A stretch of 64,000 nt of DNA from Patescibacteria group bacterium (GTDB lineage: Bacteria > Patescibacteriota > Minisyncoccia > Moranbacterales > UBA2206), in the NCBI GenBank assembly GCA_022711335.1, contig JAKLFF010000002.1:82988-146987 (forward strand). The letters run 5' to 3'. How positions within the stretch are numbered: the stretch's first letter is position 1; each line of letters begins with the position of its first letter. A model generated the notes under the pieces. The model did no database searches. It saw only the letters and a list, made by a program, of their open reading frames with translations, and was not told the DNA's origin. A program made the position numbers and the translations under genes. This document shows positions 27,709 through 37,241 of this stretch, piece by piece.

Positions 27709-28707
27709 TTAGCCGGAATGCTTTAATTTTTCAAGATATTTTTCTTCTATTTCCAATCCTTGCGGTTTTGGAAAAAAAATTAATTCTTTATCATTAGCGG
27801 TTACGAAGCTTCCTGATTGATGAGTGCGCGAATCGCTCATTATCCTGGCCATTTGCCATTTTTTCAATTTTTTCTCAACAAAGCCGAACCCCAGAATAAA
27901 CTCTCCCATTTTTCTTATGATTGCTGAAACATTCGAATCCTTAATTGTTTTTAGCCCGAAAACTTCATCTTGCCGATAATTTATTTTGTAACTTTTTACC
28001 CATTCATTGGCTTTCTGAAACTTTTGGAACAAATCCCGCCCAAAAACAGGGTAAATAAAAGAATATTCCGAAGAAGCAAAAAGGTGCAGCGCCTGTGAAT
28101 TGTCTGAAGAGAAAAAAAGCTCATCGAGGCCCGATTTCAAATTTTCATCTGCCATAAAATAGTTCAGGCATATTCTGTTTTTAATTTTATTTTCATATCT
28201 TCTGATCCCAAGCACGTGCACCAAAAGAGTGACCAGGACTCTTCCGGTAAAAATTCTTCCGTTTTCCAGCACAATCAGCAAATCCAAATCGCTTTTTTTA
28301 TCGGCGTTTTTCATTGCCATTCTGCCAGTTATCGCAATCATTTTGACATAAGGAACGAAGCGAAGCCACCAAACAGCCCGTTTTATTGTCTTAAATTTTT
28401 TCTCGCTGATTTTATTTTTCTCTATCCTCTGCCTTACAAGATTTTTTCTGCCTTTTAAAAAATAAAAGCCTCGAAATTCATCAAGCTTTTCCCTAAGTTC
28501 CGCGCTTTCCAACTCTTTTATTATATCGCCTAAAGCAGTTTCATCCCCGCTTCCAAATGCCCCGCGCTTTATGTCATGCGGCGTTAGGTATTTCCAGATT
28601 TCAAAAGAAGTCATGGGATAATCCAGGATGTCATAATAAGTTACCGTAGCTAATATATTTTTTAACAGTTTATTTTGCATAAAAAGACCAGGCCATTCAA
28701 TCCCCAA
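27709..28707 (-). CDS. Hypothetical protein with a nucleotidyltransferase-like motif
   Basis: ITGRMAMKNADKKSDLDLLIV resembles the G[SR]x9-13DhD signature of pol-beta-type nucleotidyltransferases. There is no other recognisable domain. Confidence 0.4.
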   Translation of the reverse strand: MGIEWPGLFMQNKLLKNILATVTYYDILDYPMTSFEIWKYLTPHDIKRGAFGSGDETALGDIIKELESAELREKLDEFRGFYFLKGRKNLVRQRIEKNKISEKKFKTIKRAVWWLRFVPYVKMIAITGRMAMKNADKKSDLDLLIVLENGRIFTGRVLVTLLVHVLGIRRYENKIKNRICLNYFMADENLKSGLDELFFSSDNSQALHLFASSEYSFIYPVFGRDLFQKFQKANEWVKSYKINYRQDEVFGLKTIKDSNVSAIIRKMGEFILGFGFVEKKLKKWQMARIMSDSRTHQSGSFVTANDKELIFFPKPQGLEIEEKYLEKLKHSG

Positions 28708-28800
28708 TTACTAATTTTTTGAATATTTGGATTTTGACATTTTTAATTTTTATTAGGAATTAGAAAATAAATATTAGAAATTTCTTTAAATCCTAAGGTT

Positions 28801-31608
28801 TTAAAGGTAGCGCCCTGTCCAGCTTCTTTTGCACTTTTTGAGCCCCGAAGGATTTCCTTCATAAACTATCTCTCCGCCCCTGTTTCCGCCTTCCGGCCCA
28901 AGATCAATCACCCAATCAGAATTTTTAATCACATCTGGATTATGTTCGACAACCAAAACCGTATTGCCTTTTTCGCAAAGCGCATTGAGAACTCCCAGGA
29001 GTTTTTTAACATCCTCAAAGTGAAGCCCGATAGTCGGCTCATCTAAAATATACAAGGTTTTTCCGGCAGAACGCCGCGAAAGCTCCGTCGCCAATTTTAT
29101 CCTCTGTGCCTCTCCTCCGGATAAATTCGTTGCGCTCTGCCCCAGCTTGAGATAGCCCAGGCCTACCTCTTCCAAAGTCTTGAGTTTTTCAAAAATCAAC
29201 GGGGATTTCTTGAAAAAATGGAGCGCGTAAGAAATGCTCATATCGAGAACTTGAGCGATGTTCACTCCTTGATATTCAATATCAAGCGTTTTCTGATTAT
29301 ATCTGGTTCCGCCGCAAGTCTCACAGCGCACATACATGTCAGGAAGCATGTGCATTTCTATTTTTTTGGTCCCGTCCCCCTGGCAATCCTCGCAACGTCC
29401 GCCGCGGATATTGAAACTGAAACGGCTTGAGTCATATCCGCTATTTTTTGATTCGGGAGTTTGAGAAAACAGCTCCCGAATATGGGAAAATACTCCGGTA
29501 TACGTCGCTGCGTTGGATCTGGGAGTTCTTCCGATCGGAGACTGGTTGATGCTGATTACTTTGCCTATGTTTTCAATGCCCCTTATTTCCTTATGTTCTC
29601 CCGGAATATCTTTTGATTTATAAAAATATCTGGAAAGCGCTTTGGACAAAATGTCAGCCACTAAGGTCGATTTTCCTGATCCGGAAAGTCCGGTAATAGC
29701 CACAAAATTTCCCAGCGGTATTTTCACATTGATATTTTTGAGATTATGCTCCGTTGCTCCCCTTATTTCCAAAAACTTCCCGCTTCCTTTGCTCGGTTTC
29801 TTTTTTTTGTTATTTTTTTCCTTCTCAGTCAGGAATTTTGCCGTAAGCGTTCTGGATTTAAGAAGTTTTTTTATGTTTCCCGAAAAAATAATTTCTCCTC
29901 CAGATGTTCCCGCTCCCGGTCCCATATCAATAATCCAATCTGCCTGGCGGATTATATCTTCGTCATGTTCAACAACAATCAGAGAATTGCCGGTGTTTTT
30001 CAATTTAATCAAAGTATTTATCAGTTTCTTGGTGTCGCGGCTATGCAAGCCGATCGAAGGCTCATCGAGAACATAGATAATTCCGGAAAGTTCCGAATCC
30101 AGCTGGGTTGCCAGGCGGATTCTCTGCGCCTCTCCTCCTGAAATCGAATCTGCTCCCCGGGACAGCGATAAATAATCAAGGCCGACATTTTTGAGAGATT
30201 GCGCCCTCAAAATCATTTCTTTTATAAGCGGCGCGACTATTTCTTTTTTGGACTGGCTCAGCTTATTTTTTTCAACTTCTTTGAGAAATGCGATAAAATT
30301 ATCCGCATCCATATTAGAAACATCATCAATTGATTTTTCTGAAACTAAAATAGATAAATAATCCTTTTTCAGCCTTTTCCCGAGGCATTCCGGACAAATC
30401 TTTCTTATCATATATCTTTCCAGGTCACTTCGAACTCCAAGCGTCATGGATTCATCATATTTCTTCTTAAGCGCTGGTATTACCCCCGAAAACTTTCCGG
30501 CCGGCAAGGCAGGATCGTCGCATCCGTAAAAAATCATGTCTAAGTGCTTTCGACTCATTTTTTTGACTGGCACATTTACTGAAAATCCGTGCCTTTCGCC
30601 CAAAGTTTTCAAAATTCCTCCGCTGCCATTTAATCCGCTTTTTCCATTCGATTTTCCCCAGGCTAAAATTGCTCCTTCCGCTATCGTCAGTTTTTTATTG
30701 GGAACCAGAAGATCTTCATCTATCTCTCTTATCATCCCTAACCCAGAACATTTTATACAAGCCCCTTCCGGATTGTTAAAAGAAAAATTTTTCGGCGTTA
30801 CATCGGAAATTTTAAAATAGCATTGGTTGCAGCAAAAATCCCGATTATATAACTTTTCCGTATCATTATCAATTATTACCGACATAAAGCCTTTTCCCAA
30901 ACGAAAAGCTGTTTCCACGGAATCTAAAATTCTTTCTTTATCAGGATTATTTCTTTTGAAAGTCAGCCGGTCGATTACAATTTCAATCGCATTTTCTCCG
31001 ATATCTTTGGCTAGATTTAGAGCTTCCTGGACAGTTATTATTTTTCCGGAAAATCGCACTCTGGCATATCCCAGATGATTGACATTGCGAAGAATTTCAG
31101 CAGTATTCTTTTCTTTCTCTAAAATTCTTGAGAGGATCACTAGCTGCGTATTATCCGGCATTTTTAAAATCTCTTCCAGTATTTCCCGGTTGCTGACTCT
31201 TTTGAGAACATTTCCGCAATTTGGGCAATAGGGCGTTCCGACCTTGGAAAATAAAACGCGGAGATAGTCATATATCTCCGTCAGTGTTCCTACGGTAGAA
31301 CGAGGGCTTTTTGTCACACTTTTTTGGTCTATGGAAATAGTCGGGCTTAAATTTTCAATTTTGTCCACATCCGGCTTGGCCGAAACGTCCATAAATTGGA
31401 GTGCATAGCTCGACATGCCTTCAAGATAGCGGCGGTTGCCTTCCGCATAAATCACGTCGAAGGCCAGCGAAGATTTCCCTGATCCGGAAAGTCCGGTGAT
31501 GACTACTAATTTATTCTTAGGGATAGAAACGTTGATGTTTTTAAGATTGTTCGTACGAGCTCCGTAAACGTTAATGCTTTCCTTGGATTTTAAAATATTT
31601 TTAGGCAT
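28801..31608 (-). CDS. uvrA: Excinuclease ABC subunit A (UvrA), canonical paralogue
   Basis: Has two ABC ATPase modules ([12 protein letters not shown] and [11 protein letters not shown]), [12 protein letters not shown] twice and zinc-finger Cys clusters. The start was chosen at [18 protein letters not shown]. Confidence 0.9.
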   Translation of the reverse strand: MPKNILKSKESINVYGARTNNLKNINVSIPKNKLVVITGLSGSGKSSLAFDVIYAEGNRRYLEGMSSYALQFMDVSAKPDVDKIENLSPTISIDQKSVTKSPRSTVGTLTEIYDYLRVLFSKVGTPYCPNCGNVLKRVSNREILEEILKMPDNTQLVILSRILEKEKNTAEILRNVNHLGYARVRFSGKIITVQEALNLAKDIGENAIEIVIDRLTFKRNNPDKERILDSVETAFRLGKGFMSVIIDNDTEKLYNRDFCCNQCYFKISDVTPKNFSFNNPEGACIKCSGLGMIREIDEDLLVPNKKLTIAEGAILAWGKSNGKSGLNGSGGILKTLGERHGFSVNVPVKKMSRKHLDMIFYGCDDPALPAGKFSGVIPALKKKYDESMTLGVRSDLERYMIRKICPECLGKRLKKDYLSILVSEKSIDDVSNMDADNFIAFLKEVEKNKLSQSKKEIVAPLIKEMILRAQSLKNVGLDYLSLSRGADSISGGEAQRIRLATQLDSELSGIIYVLDEPSIGLHSRDTKKLINTLIKLKNTGNSLIVVEHDEDIIRQADWIIDMGPGAGTSGGEIIFSGNIKKLLKSRTLTAKFLTEKEKNNKKKKPSKGSGKFLEIRGATEHNLKNINVKIPLGNFVAITGLSGSGKSTLVADILSKALSRYFYKSKDIPGEHKEIRGIENIGKVISINQSPIGRTPRSNAATYTGVFSHIRELFSQTPESKNSGYDSSRFSFNIRGGRCEDCQGDGTKKIEMHMLPDMYVRCETCGGTRYNQKTLDIEYQGVNIAQVLDMSISYALHFFKKSPLIFEKLKTLEEVGLGYLKLGQSATNLSGGEAQRIKLATELSRRSAGKTLYILDEPTIGLHFEDVKKLLGVLNALCEKGNTVLVVEHNPDVIKNSDWVIDLGPEGGNRGGEIVYEGNPSGLKKCKRSWTGRYL

Positions 31609-31708
31609 ATGCGTAAAGAAGCAGCTTTTTAACAAAATGCGCTACTAAAGAAGCATTTTACATTAGTTTTAGAGATTTGTAAAGAAGGCTGTCAGCTTAA
31701 ATTCTGAG

Positions 31709-33043
31709 CTAGTCCAGTATGCTTTTTTTTCTTAATTTTTTATGATAAGTTATTGCAAACCGATGCGCCTCATCACGCACTTGTTCAATTATAGTTTTTG
31801 GAATTTCTGGAACGGTTCCAAAAGAATAAATGTCTAATTTTTTTCGAGACAGTCCTTTGGCCACGGCTACAAGCGGAATTTCCAGATGGAAGTTGCGAAG
31901 AATTTTTCGAGCCATGTTTAAATGCCCTTTTCCGCCGTCAAGGATTATAAGATTAGGTTTCGGCCAGTTATTTTTGAGTCTTCGCGCCAACACCTCTTCC
32001 ATAGCGCCAACATCATTGGCGCCGAAAACAGTTTTAATCCTGAATTTCCGGTATTGGGATTTATTTGGCTTTATTTCGCCTTCCGAATTATCAAAAACCG
32101 CCATCGATCCAACAGAATATTTCCCAGAGATATTGGATATATCATAACCCTCTACTCGGAATTTTTCTTTTTTGTTATATGTTTCATGTTCTATGTTATA
32201 TGACATGAGCGCTATGTCTTGTATGTGCTGCAGCGCAAAAATTTTATTCCTCACCTCTCCTGCTTTTTCAAATTCATGCTTCCGGCTATATTCTTCCATC
32301 TCTTTTTTCATTCTGCTAATCAAACTTTTTTTCTTTCCTTCCAAAATCATCTGGATTCCCCGAATATTTTTCTGATAATCTTCTCTTGTAATTGCCCCAT
32401 CATACGGCCCGGGGCACAATCCTATTTGATAATCCAAGCAGCCCTTTTCCGTTTTTTGCGGCCTGGCGTGATATGGAAAAATTTTCCTTAATATTTTTAG
32501 AGCTGTTTCAATTTGGTGTTTTGACGTGTACGGACCGTAGATTTTTTTATATTGTATTTTTTGTAGGGACAGACCTTGTGTCTGTCCTTTCCGGGCGGAT
32601 GCAAGATCCGCCCCTACGTTTTTATCTAAATCCGTCTTCCTCATCACCACAAATCTTGGCCATTCTTCTTTTGTAACAGCCACGTAACAAAATGACTTAT
32701 CATCTTTCCCGTCTACATTGCATTTCGGCTGGAATTTCTTGATCAGTTCCTGCTCCAAAATATAGGCTTCGAGAACCGTGTCGGTTTTTCTGATTTCCAA
32801 GTCTTTCACTTCAGAAATGAACATTTCAATGGGCCGATTTCCATATCCCATTGATCGTAGGGACAGACCTTGTGTCTGTCCTTTCCGGGCGGATACAAGA
32901 TCCACCCCTACAAAATACGACCCGACCCGATCTTTCAAGCTCCCCGCCTTCCCCACATACAAAATCTTCCCGAATATATCCTTAAAAATATACACGCCAG
33001 GCGAAAATGGAAGATATTTGAGTTTTTTATTCAGATTTAACAT
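31709..33043 (-). CDS. uvrC: Excinuclease ABC subunit C (UvrC), short form lacking the C-terminal HhH, with two in-frame repeat insertions
   Basis: Has the GIY-YIG domain YLPFSPGVYIFKD...LYVGKAGSLKDRVGSYF, a UVR-like region and the C-terminal RNase H-like endonuclease region EGYDISNISG. The inserted peptides VGVDLVSARKGQTQGLSLRSM and VGADLASARKGQTQGLSLQKI derive from the 55-bp repeats. Confidence 0.8.
   Translation of the reverse strand: MLNLNKKLKYLPFSPGVYIFKDIFGKILYVGKAGSLKDRVGSYFVGVDLVSARKGQTQGLSLRSMGYGNRPIEMFISEVKDLEIRKTDTVLEAYILEQELIKKFQPKCNVDGKDDKSFCYVAVTKEEWPRFVVMRKTDLDKNVGADLASARKGQTQGLSLQKIQYKKIYGPYTSKHQIETALKILRKIFPYHARPQKTEKGCLDYQIGLCPGPYDGAITREDYQKNIRGIQMILEGKKKSLISRMKKEMEEYSRKHEFEKAGEVRNKIFALQHIQDIALMSYNIEHETYNKKEKFRVEGYDISNISGKYSVGSMAVFDNSEGEIKPNKSQYRKFRIKTVFGANDVGAMEEVLARRLKNNWPKPNLIILDGGKGHLNMARKILRNFHLEIPLVAVAKGLSRKKLDIYSFGTVPEIPKTIIEQVRDEAHRFAITYHKKLRKKSILD
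32563..32617. repeat. 55-bp double-hairpin repeat, copy 1, in-frame within uvrC
   Basis: GTAGGGACAGACCTTGTGTCTGTCCTTTCCGGGCGGATGCAAGATCCGCCCCTAC. Confidence 0.8.
32857..32911. repeat. 55-bp double-hairpin repeat, copy 2, in-frame within the uvrC GIY-YIG region
   Basis: GTAGGGACAGACCTTGTGTCTGTCCTTTCCGGGCGGATACAAGATCCACCCCTAC. Confidence 0.8.
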
Positions 33044-36000
33044 TATTTTTTATTTTCAAAAATTTCCTCAAATACTTCCCCGTCCAGCTTTCTTTGTGAT
33101 ATTTGACTACTTCTTCCGGCGTGCCGGTTACCACAATTTTTCCGCCGTTTTCTCCGCCTTCCGGTCCAAGGTCGATTATCCAATCGGCAGTTTTTATCAC
33201 ATCCATATTATGCTCGATTACCACTACGCTATTTCCTGAATCAACCAGCCTATTTAGCACATTTAATAATTTTTTTATATCGTCGAAATGAAGTCCGGTG
33301 GTCGGCTCGTCAAGAATATACAGTGTATCGCCGGTAGCACGTCTCGCTAGTTCTGTCGCCAGTTTTATTCTCTGCGCTTCTCCGCCAGAAAGAGTTGTGG
33401 CCGATTGGCCGAGTTTGATATATCCCAGCCCAACTTCATCCAAGATTTTAAGCTTAGCATAGATTTCCGGATAATTTTCAAAAAATATTTTTCCTTCTGC
33501 CACTGTCATTTCAAGAACTTCAGCAATATTTTTGCCCTTATATTTCACTTGGAGCGTTTCGCTATTATATCTCTTTCCGTGGCAGACATCGCACGGCAGA
33601 TAAACATCCGGCATAAATTGCATTTCGATCTTGAGATATCCATCGCCCTTGCAATTATCGCACCGGCCTCCATTCACGTTGAACGAAAATCTTCCCGGCC
33701 CATACCCTTTTCCTTTGGCATCACGCGTAGCAGAAAACAATTCTCTTATCGGCGTAAATAATCCTGTATAAGTAGCTGGATTGGAGCGTGGAGTGCGTCC
33801 GATCGGCGACTGGTCGATCATTATGACTTTATTAATATGATGCATTCCGATAATCTCACTGTGGCTCCCCGGCCTGTCCAAAGAACGCATGATTTTGGAA
33901 GCCAAGGATTTATAAAGAACATCTTCAACCAAAGTGGATTTCCCGGAGCCGGAAACTCCAGTAACACAAGTAAAAACTTTCAGGGGAAATTCAGCCGTAA
34001 TATTTTTCAAATTATTTTCGCGCGCTCCGCGAACAGTTATCCATTTTTTGTTCTTGATTGGACGCCGGAAAGCCGGAATTTCTATTTTCAAATCACCCCG
34101 AAGATAGGCTGCTGTCAAAGATTTTTTGTTTTTTATAACTTCTTTTGGAGAACCTTCGACAATAATTTTTCCGCCTAAATTTCCAGCGCCGAGTCCAATA
34201 TCAACAATGTGATCAGCGGCGCGAATTGTCTCTTCATCATGTTCGACAACAATCACGCTATTGCCAACATTTTTAAGTCTCAAAAGGGTTTCCAATAATT
34301 TAGAATTATCCCTAGCATGAAGCCCAACCGATGGTTCATCTAAAATATATAATACTCCGACTAGTTGCGATCCGATCTGCGAAGCCAAGCGGATTCTTTG
34401 CGTTTCTCCTCCGGCCAAAGTGTTGGCCGCGCGTCCTAAAGTTAGATATCCTAATCCGACATTTTCCAAAAAACCCAGCCGATTTTGAATTTCCTTCAAA
34501 ATTCTTCCAGCAATTATTTCTTCACGCTTGTTTATTTTAAGTTCTTTAAAAAATTTTAAAGTTAGATCAACGCTGTCTCTTGACAGCTCATATATATTTT
34601 TATTCCCAACTGTAACTAATAGCGCTTCTTTTTTATATCTCGACCCATGGCAAACCGAACAGGGGTTTTGCGACATATATTTTTCAATATCTTGCCGCAC
34701 TGCTTCTGAATCCGTTTTTTTATAACGATCTTCAAGATAGCCGATAACACCTCTCCATTCCATATTATATTTCCAAACTGAACCGCTTTTTGACCGCAAA
34801 GAAACAGCGACATCCTCATAATCATATTCGTAGGTCAATTCACCTTTATTTTTATTATTATCATCGGTTTCCGGCCTGCCATGCATCAATAAATTAAAAT
34901 CATCGCTCGATAAATCGCGAAGGCGTATATTTTCAGAAATATGAAAATGATTGGCTACGGATCGCAAAATTGTTCCCTGCCAATTATTCTTTTTATAGCT
35001 CCACGGCATTAGTCCCCCTTGAGATATGGTTTTATTTATGTCCGGAGCCACCAGATCCGGATCAATTTCCCGCTTTGTGCCCAAGCCCTCGCAAGCCGGG
35101 CAAGCGCCATAGGGGCTATTAAAGGAGAAGAGTCTCGATTCGAGCGCTGGAAAAGTTATTTCGTGGATCGGACAGGATAGGTTTTGATTGAAAATTAGAT
35201 CTTCTTTTTTTTGATTTTTTGCCCTACTCAGTAAATTTTGCTCTGCAAAATTATTTTTCTTACTAGAAAAATACTCAACAGGATGAATTTTCACTAAGCC
35301 TTGCGAAAGTTTCAACGCCTTTTCCACATCCTCAAAAATTCTGGAAATATTCCGATCACTGATTTCCACTTCATCAACAACTATATCTATGTCGTGCTTT
35401 TTATACCGTTCTAACTTTATTTTCTCGCTGATTTTAGAATCCAGTTCGATTTTTTTTCCATTCACATAGGCTCCGGAAAATCCGCGCCGGAACATTTCAC
35501 TCATCATCGTGGAATATTCACCTTTCCGACTGCGAACAACCGGAGACAAAATTTCTATCTTACAATTATTTTGTAGGGACAGGCCTTGTGCCTGTCCTTT
35601 TTGGGCGGATACAAGATCCGCCCCTACATTTTTCCCCGTACATAAATCTAAAATCCTATCCACAATTTCATCCACTGACAATTTTTTTATTTCCTGATTG
35701 CATATGGGACAGTGCGGAATTCCGATTTTAGAATAAAGAAGCCGGAGATAATCATGGATTTCTGTCACTGTTCCCACAGTCGATCTGGGATTATGTGAAG
35801 CTGATTTTTGATCAATGGAAATGGCCGGACTCAAACCCTGAATCAGATCCACATCCGGTTTGTCCATCTGGCCCAAAAATTGGCGAGCATAAGATGACAA
35901 ACTTTCTAAATATCTTCTCTGCCCTTCAGCAAAAATGGTATCGAAAGCCAGCGTGCTCTTTCCCGAACCGCTTATGCCTGTAAAAACAATAAACTTGTTA

Positions 36001-36071
36001 CGAGGTAAGTTTAAATTTATATTTTTTAGGTTGTGCTCCCTGGCACCTCGTATAATAATTTCTTCTTCCAT
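33027..36071 (-). CDS. UvrA paralogue (UvrA2, 1014 aa) carrying an in-frame repeat insertion
   Basis: Has the UvrA architecture with two ABC modules ([23 protein letters not shown]), Zn-finger cysteines and ABC signature motifs. It contains the insert GKNVGADLVSAQKGQAQGLSLQ, which comes from the 55-bp repeat. Confidence 0.85.
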   Translation of the reverse strand: MEEEIIIRGAREHNLKNINLNLPRNKFIVFTGISGSGKSTLAFDTIFAEGQRRYLESLSSYARQFLGQMDKPDVDLIQGLSPAISIDQKSASHNPRSTVGTVTEIHDYLRLLYSKIGIPHCPICNQEIKKLSVDEIVDRILDLCTGKNVGADLVSAQKGQAQGLSLQNNCKIEILSPVVRSRKGEYSTMMSEMFRRGFSGAYVNGKKIELDSKISEKIKLERYKKHDIDIVVDEVEISDRNISRIFEDVEKALKLSQGLVKIHPVEYFSSKKNNFAEQNLLSRAKNQKKEDLIFNQNLSCPIHEITFPALESRLFSFNSPYGACPACEGLGTKREIDPDLVAPDINKTISQGGLMPWSYKKNNWQGTILRSVANHFHISENIRLRDLSSDDFNLLMHGRPETDDNNKNKGELTYEYDYEDVAVSLRSKSGSVWKYNMEWRGVIGYLEDRYKKTDSEAVRQDIEKYMSQNPCSVCHGSRYKKEALLVTVGNKNIYELSRDSVDLTLKFFKELKINKREEIIAGRILKEIQNRLGFLENVGLGYLTLGRAANTLAGGETQRIRLASQIGSQLVGVLYILDEPSVGLHARDNSKLLETLLRLKNVGNSVIVVEHDEETIRAADHIVDIGLGAGNLGGKIIVEGSPKEVIKNKKSLTAAYLRGDLKIEIPAFRRPIKNKKWITVRGARENNLKNITAEFPLKVFTCVTGVSGSGKSTLVEDVLYKSLASKIMRSLDRPGSHSEIIGMHHINKVIMIDQSPIGRTPRSNPATYTGLFTPIRELFSATRDAKGKGYGPGRFSFNVNGGRCDNCKGDGYLKIEMQFMPDVYLPCDVCHGKRYNSETLQVKYKGKNIAEVLEMTVAEGKIFFENYPEIYAKLKILDEVGLGYIKLGQSATTLSGGEAQRIKLATELARRATGDTLYILDEPTTGLHFDDIKKLLNVLNRLVDSGNSVVVIEHNMDVIKTADWIIDLGPEGGENGGKIVVTGTPEEVVKYHKESWTGKYLRKFLKIKNNVKSE
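35573..35627. repeat. 55-bp double-hairpin repeat, copy 3, in-frame within uvrA2
   Basis: GTAGGGACAGGCCTTGTGCCTGTCCTTTTTGGGCGGATACAAGATCCGCCCCTAC. Confidence 0.8.
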
Positions 36072-36088
36072 ATTTTTTAAGTTGCCTG

Positions 36089-36165
36089 CCCCGTGGTCGC
36101 CGTTGAGGCGACTTTACGGGGTGTTCTCTCGCACCTCGTATAATTATTTCGTCCATATTCATTCG
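36089..36165. repeat. 32-bp palindromic element, copy 2, followed by a duplicated uvrA2 start region (pseudo-start)
   Basis: ccccgtggtcgccgttgaggcgactttacgggg at 36089-36121. At 36128-36165, ...cgcacctcgtataattatttcgtccat repeats ...gcacctcgtataataatttcttcttccat at 36040-36071, which is the uvrA2 start codon and first 12 codons, with a few mismatches. Confidence 0.7.
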
Positions 36166-36185
36166 TACATTCGTATATTTGTATT

Positions 36186-36222
36186 AGATTCGTAATTCGT
36201 AGAGAAAACCAAAAACATTCCC
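36186..36222. repeat. Direct repeat 1 of AGATTCGTAATTCGTAGAGAA(A/C)(A/C)CAAAAA, with tandem ATTCGTA heptads
   Basis: attcgtacattcgtatatttgtattagattcgtaattcgtagagaaaaccaaaaaca matches 38961-39005 at about 26 of 28 positions. It lies upstream of uvrA2 and downstream of lexA. Confidence 0.6.
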
Positions 36223-36291
36223 CAAATTGGGTACTCTAGTATTCAACTTTTTCTAATACACATTAGTACAACAGAATATTTTAATCAAGTT

Positions 36292-36954
36292 CTATAAGCT
36301 AACATATTTCACCGGTAAAACCTTCTTATACACTCCAGCAACAAGAATAGAGTCTGACTCGTGGATAAAAATCGGCTGATGGAAAGTGTTGGTCGAGTGC
36401 GGGAAAAGACCGATGATATCATCACTGACTTTTTTATATTTTTTAATCGTTGCCATGCCATTTATCACCGCCACCACGATTTTTCCCTCCAGCTCGTCTT
36501 TTCCTTCATATTTTTCAAAAATCACGTAGTCACCGTCATTGATGCTTGATTTGTCCATAGAATCCCCAAGCGCTTTTACGGCAAAGAGATCAGCCGGTTT
36601 GGCATTTCGAAAAAGCGCCTTTGAAATTTGAAGAAATCCATCCACATTGTCTTCCGCATAAGCCAGCGCGTCTCCGCAGGAAGCCAGGCCATAAACCGGA
36701 ATAGAAAAAATATTTTTGAAATTGGAAAAGCTTTGATTTTTAATCAGATAAATTTTTTTGTCATCATCGCGCTTGATTAAGTCTTTTCTTTCTAGAGCTT
36801 CTATTACTTGCATAATTGATTTCAGACAATCTTTCGATCCTCGTTCAGACAAAAATTTATGCAGTCCATAGCTGGTCGGATTTTCTCTTTTTTGATCAAT
36901 GTACTCCTTGATGATTTCAAGGATGCCGTTTTGTTTCGATGTTAATTTTTGCAT
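36292..36954 (-). CDS. lexA: LexA repressor (S24 peptidase, SOS regulator)
   Basis: Has an N-terminal winged-helix region (MQKLTSKQNGILEIIKEY...), the cleavage-site region GLASCGDALAY and catalytic GDSM...K (ALGDSMDKSSINDGD...ATIKKY). The ORF-track start at 37137 reads through an upstream palindromic element and is not credible. Confidence 0.82.
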   Translation of the reverse strand: MQKLTSKQNGILEIIKEYIDQKRENPTSYGLHKFLSERGSKDCLKSIMQVIEALERKDLIKRDDDKKIYLIKNQSFSNFKNIFSIPVYGLASCGDALAYAEDNVDGFLQISKALFRNAKPADLFAVKALGDSMDKSSINDGDYVIFEKYEGKDELEGKIVVAVINGMATIKKYKKVSDDIIGLFPHSTNTFHQPIFIHESDSILVAGVYKKVLPVKYVSL

Positions 36955-36974
36955 AATTTTATCAAGCACGAATA

Positions 36975-37110
36975 ACCAAATCCGAAATTCGAAACAAATT
37001 ATAATTTTCAAAATTATAAATTCAAAACTATTTCGCCTGCCTGCCGGCAAGAATTTTATGTCATTTGAATTTTGATATTGTTTCGAATTTCGCGCTTCGG
37101 ATTTCGAATT
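36975..37110. repeat. Imperfect palindrome of about 135 bp centred on the GC core cgcctgcctgccggcaag, in the lexA 5' region
   Basis: The left arm is ccgaaattcgaaacaaattataattttcaaaattataaattcaaaac. The right arm is gtcatttgaattttgatattgtttcgaatttcgcgcttcggatttcgaattt. TTCGAAT-type heptads occur on both arms. Confidence 0.55.
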
Positions 37111-37241
37111 TAAAAGTTTACAGTGGTATTCTATCACTTATATACTACCACTGTCAACCGCCTGCTGTGGATAACTCTAAAACAAAATCCCGTCTTGCGG
37201 GATTTTGGCTTTATTCTTTATTCTTAATTCTTGCTTCTTTT

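Noticed and set aside
36955-37137. N-terminal 61 codons of the lexA ORF as given in the ORF track
   Set aside because: They are a translation of the palindromic upstream element (FEFIILKIIICFEFRIW). The LexA winged-helix domain begins at the internal Met at 36954.
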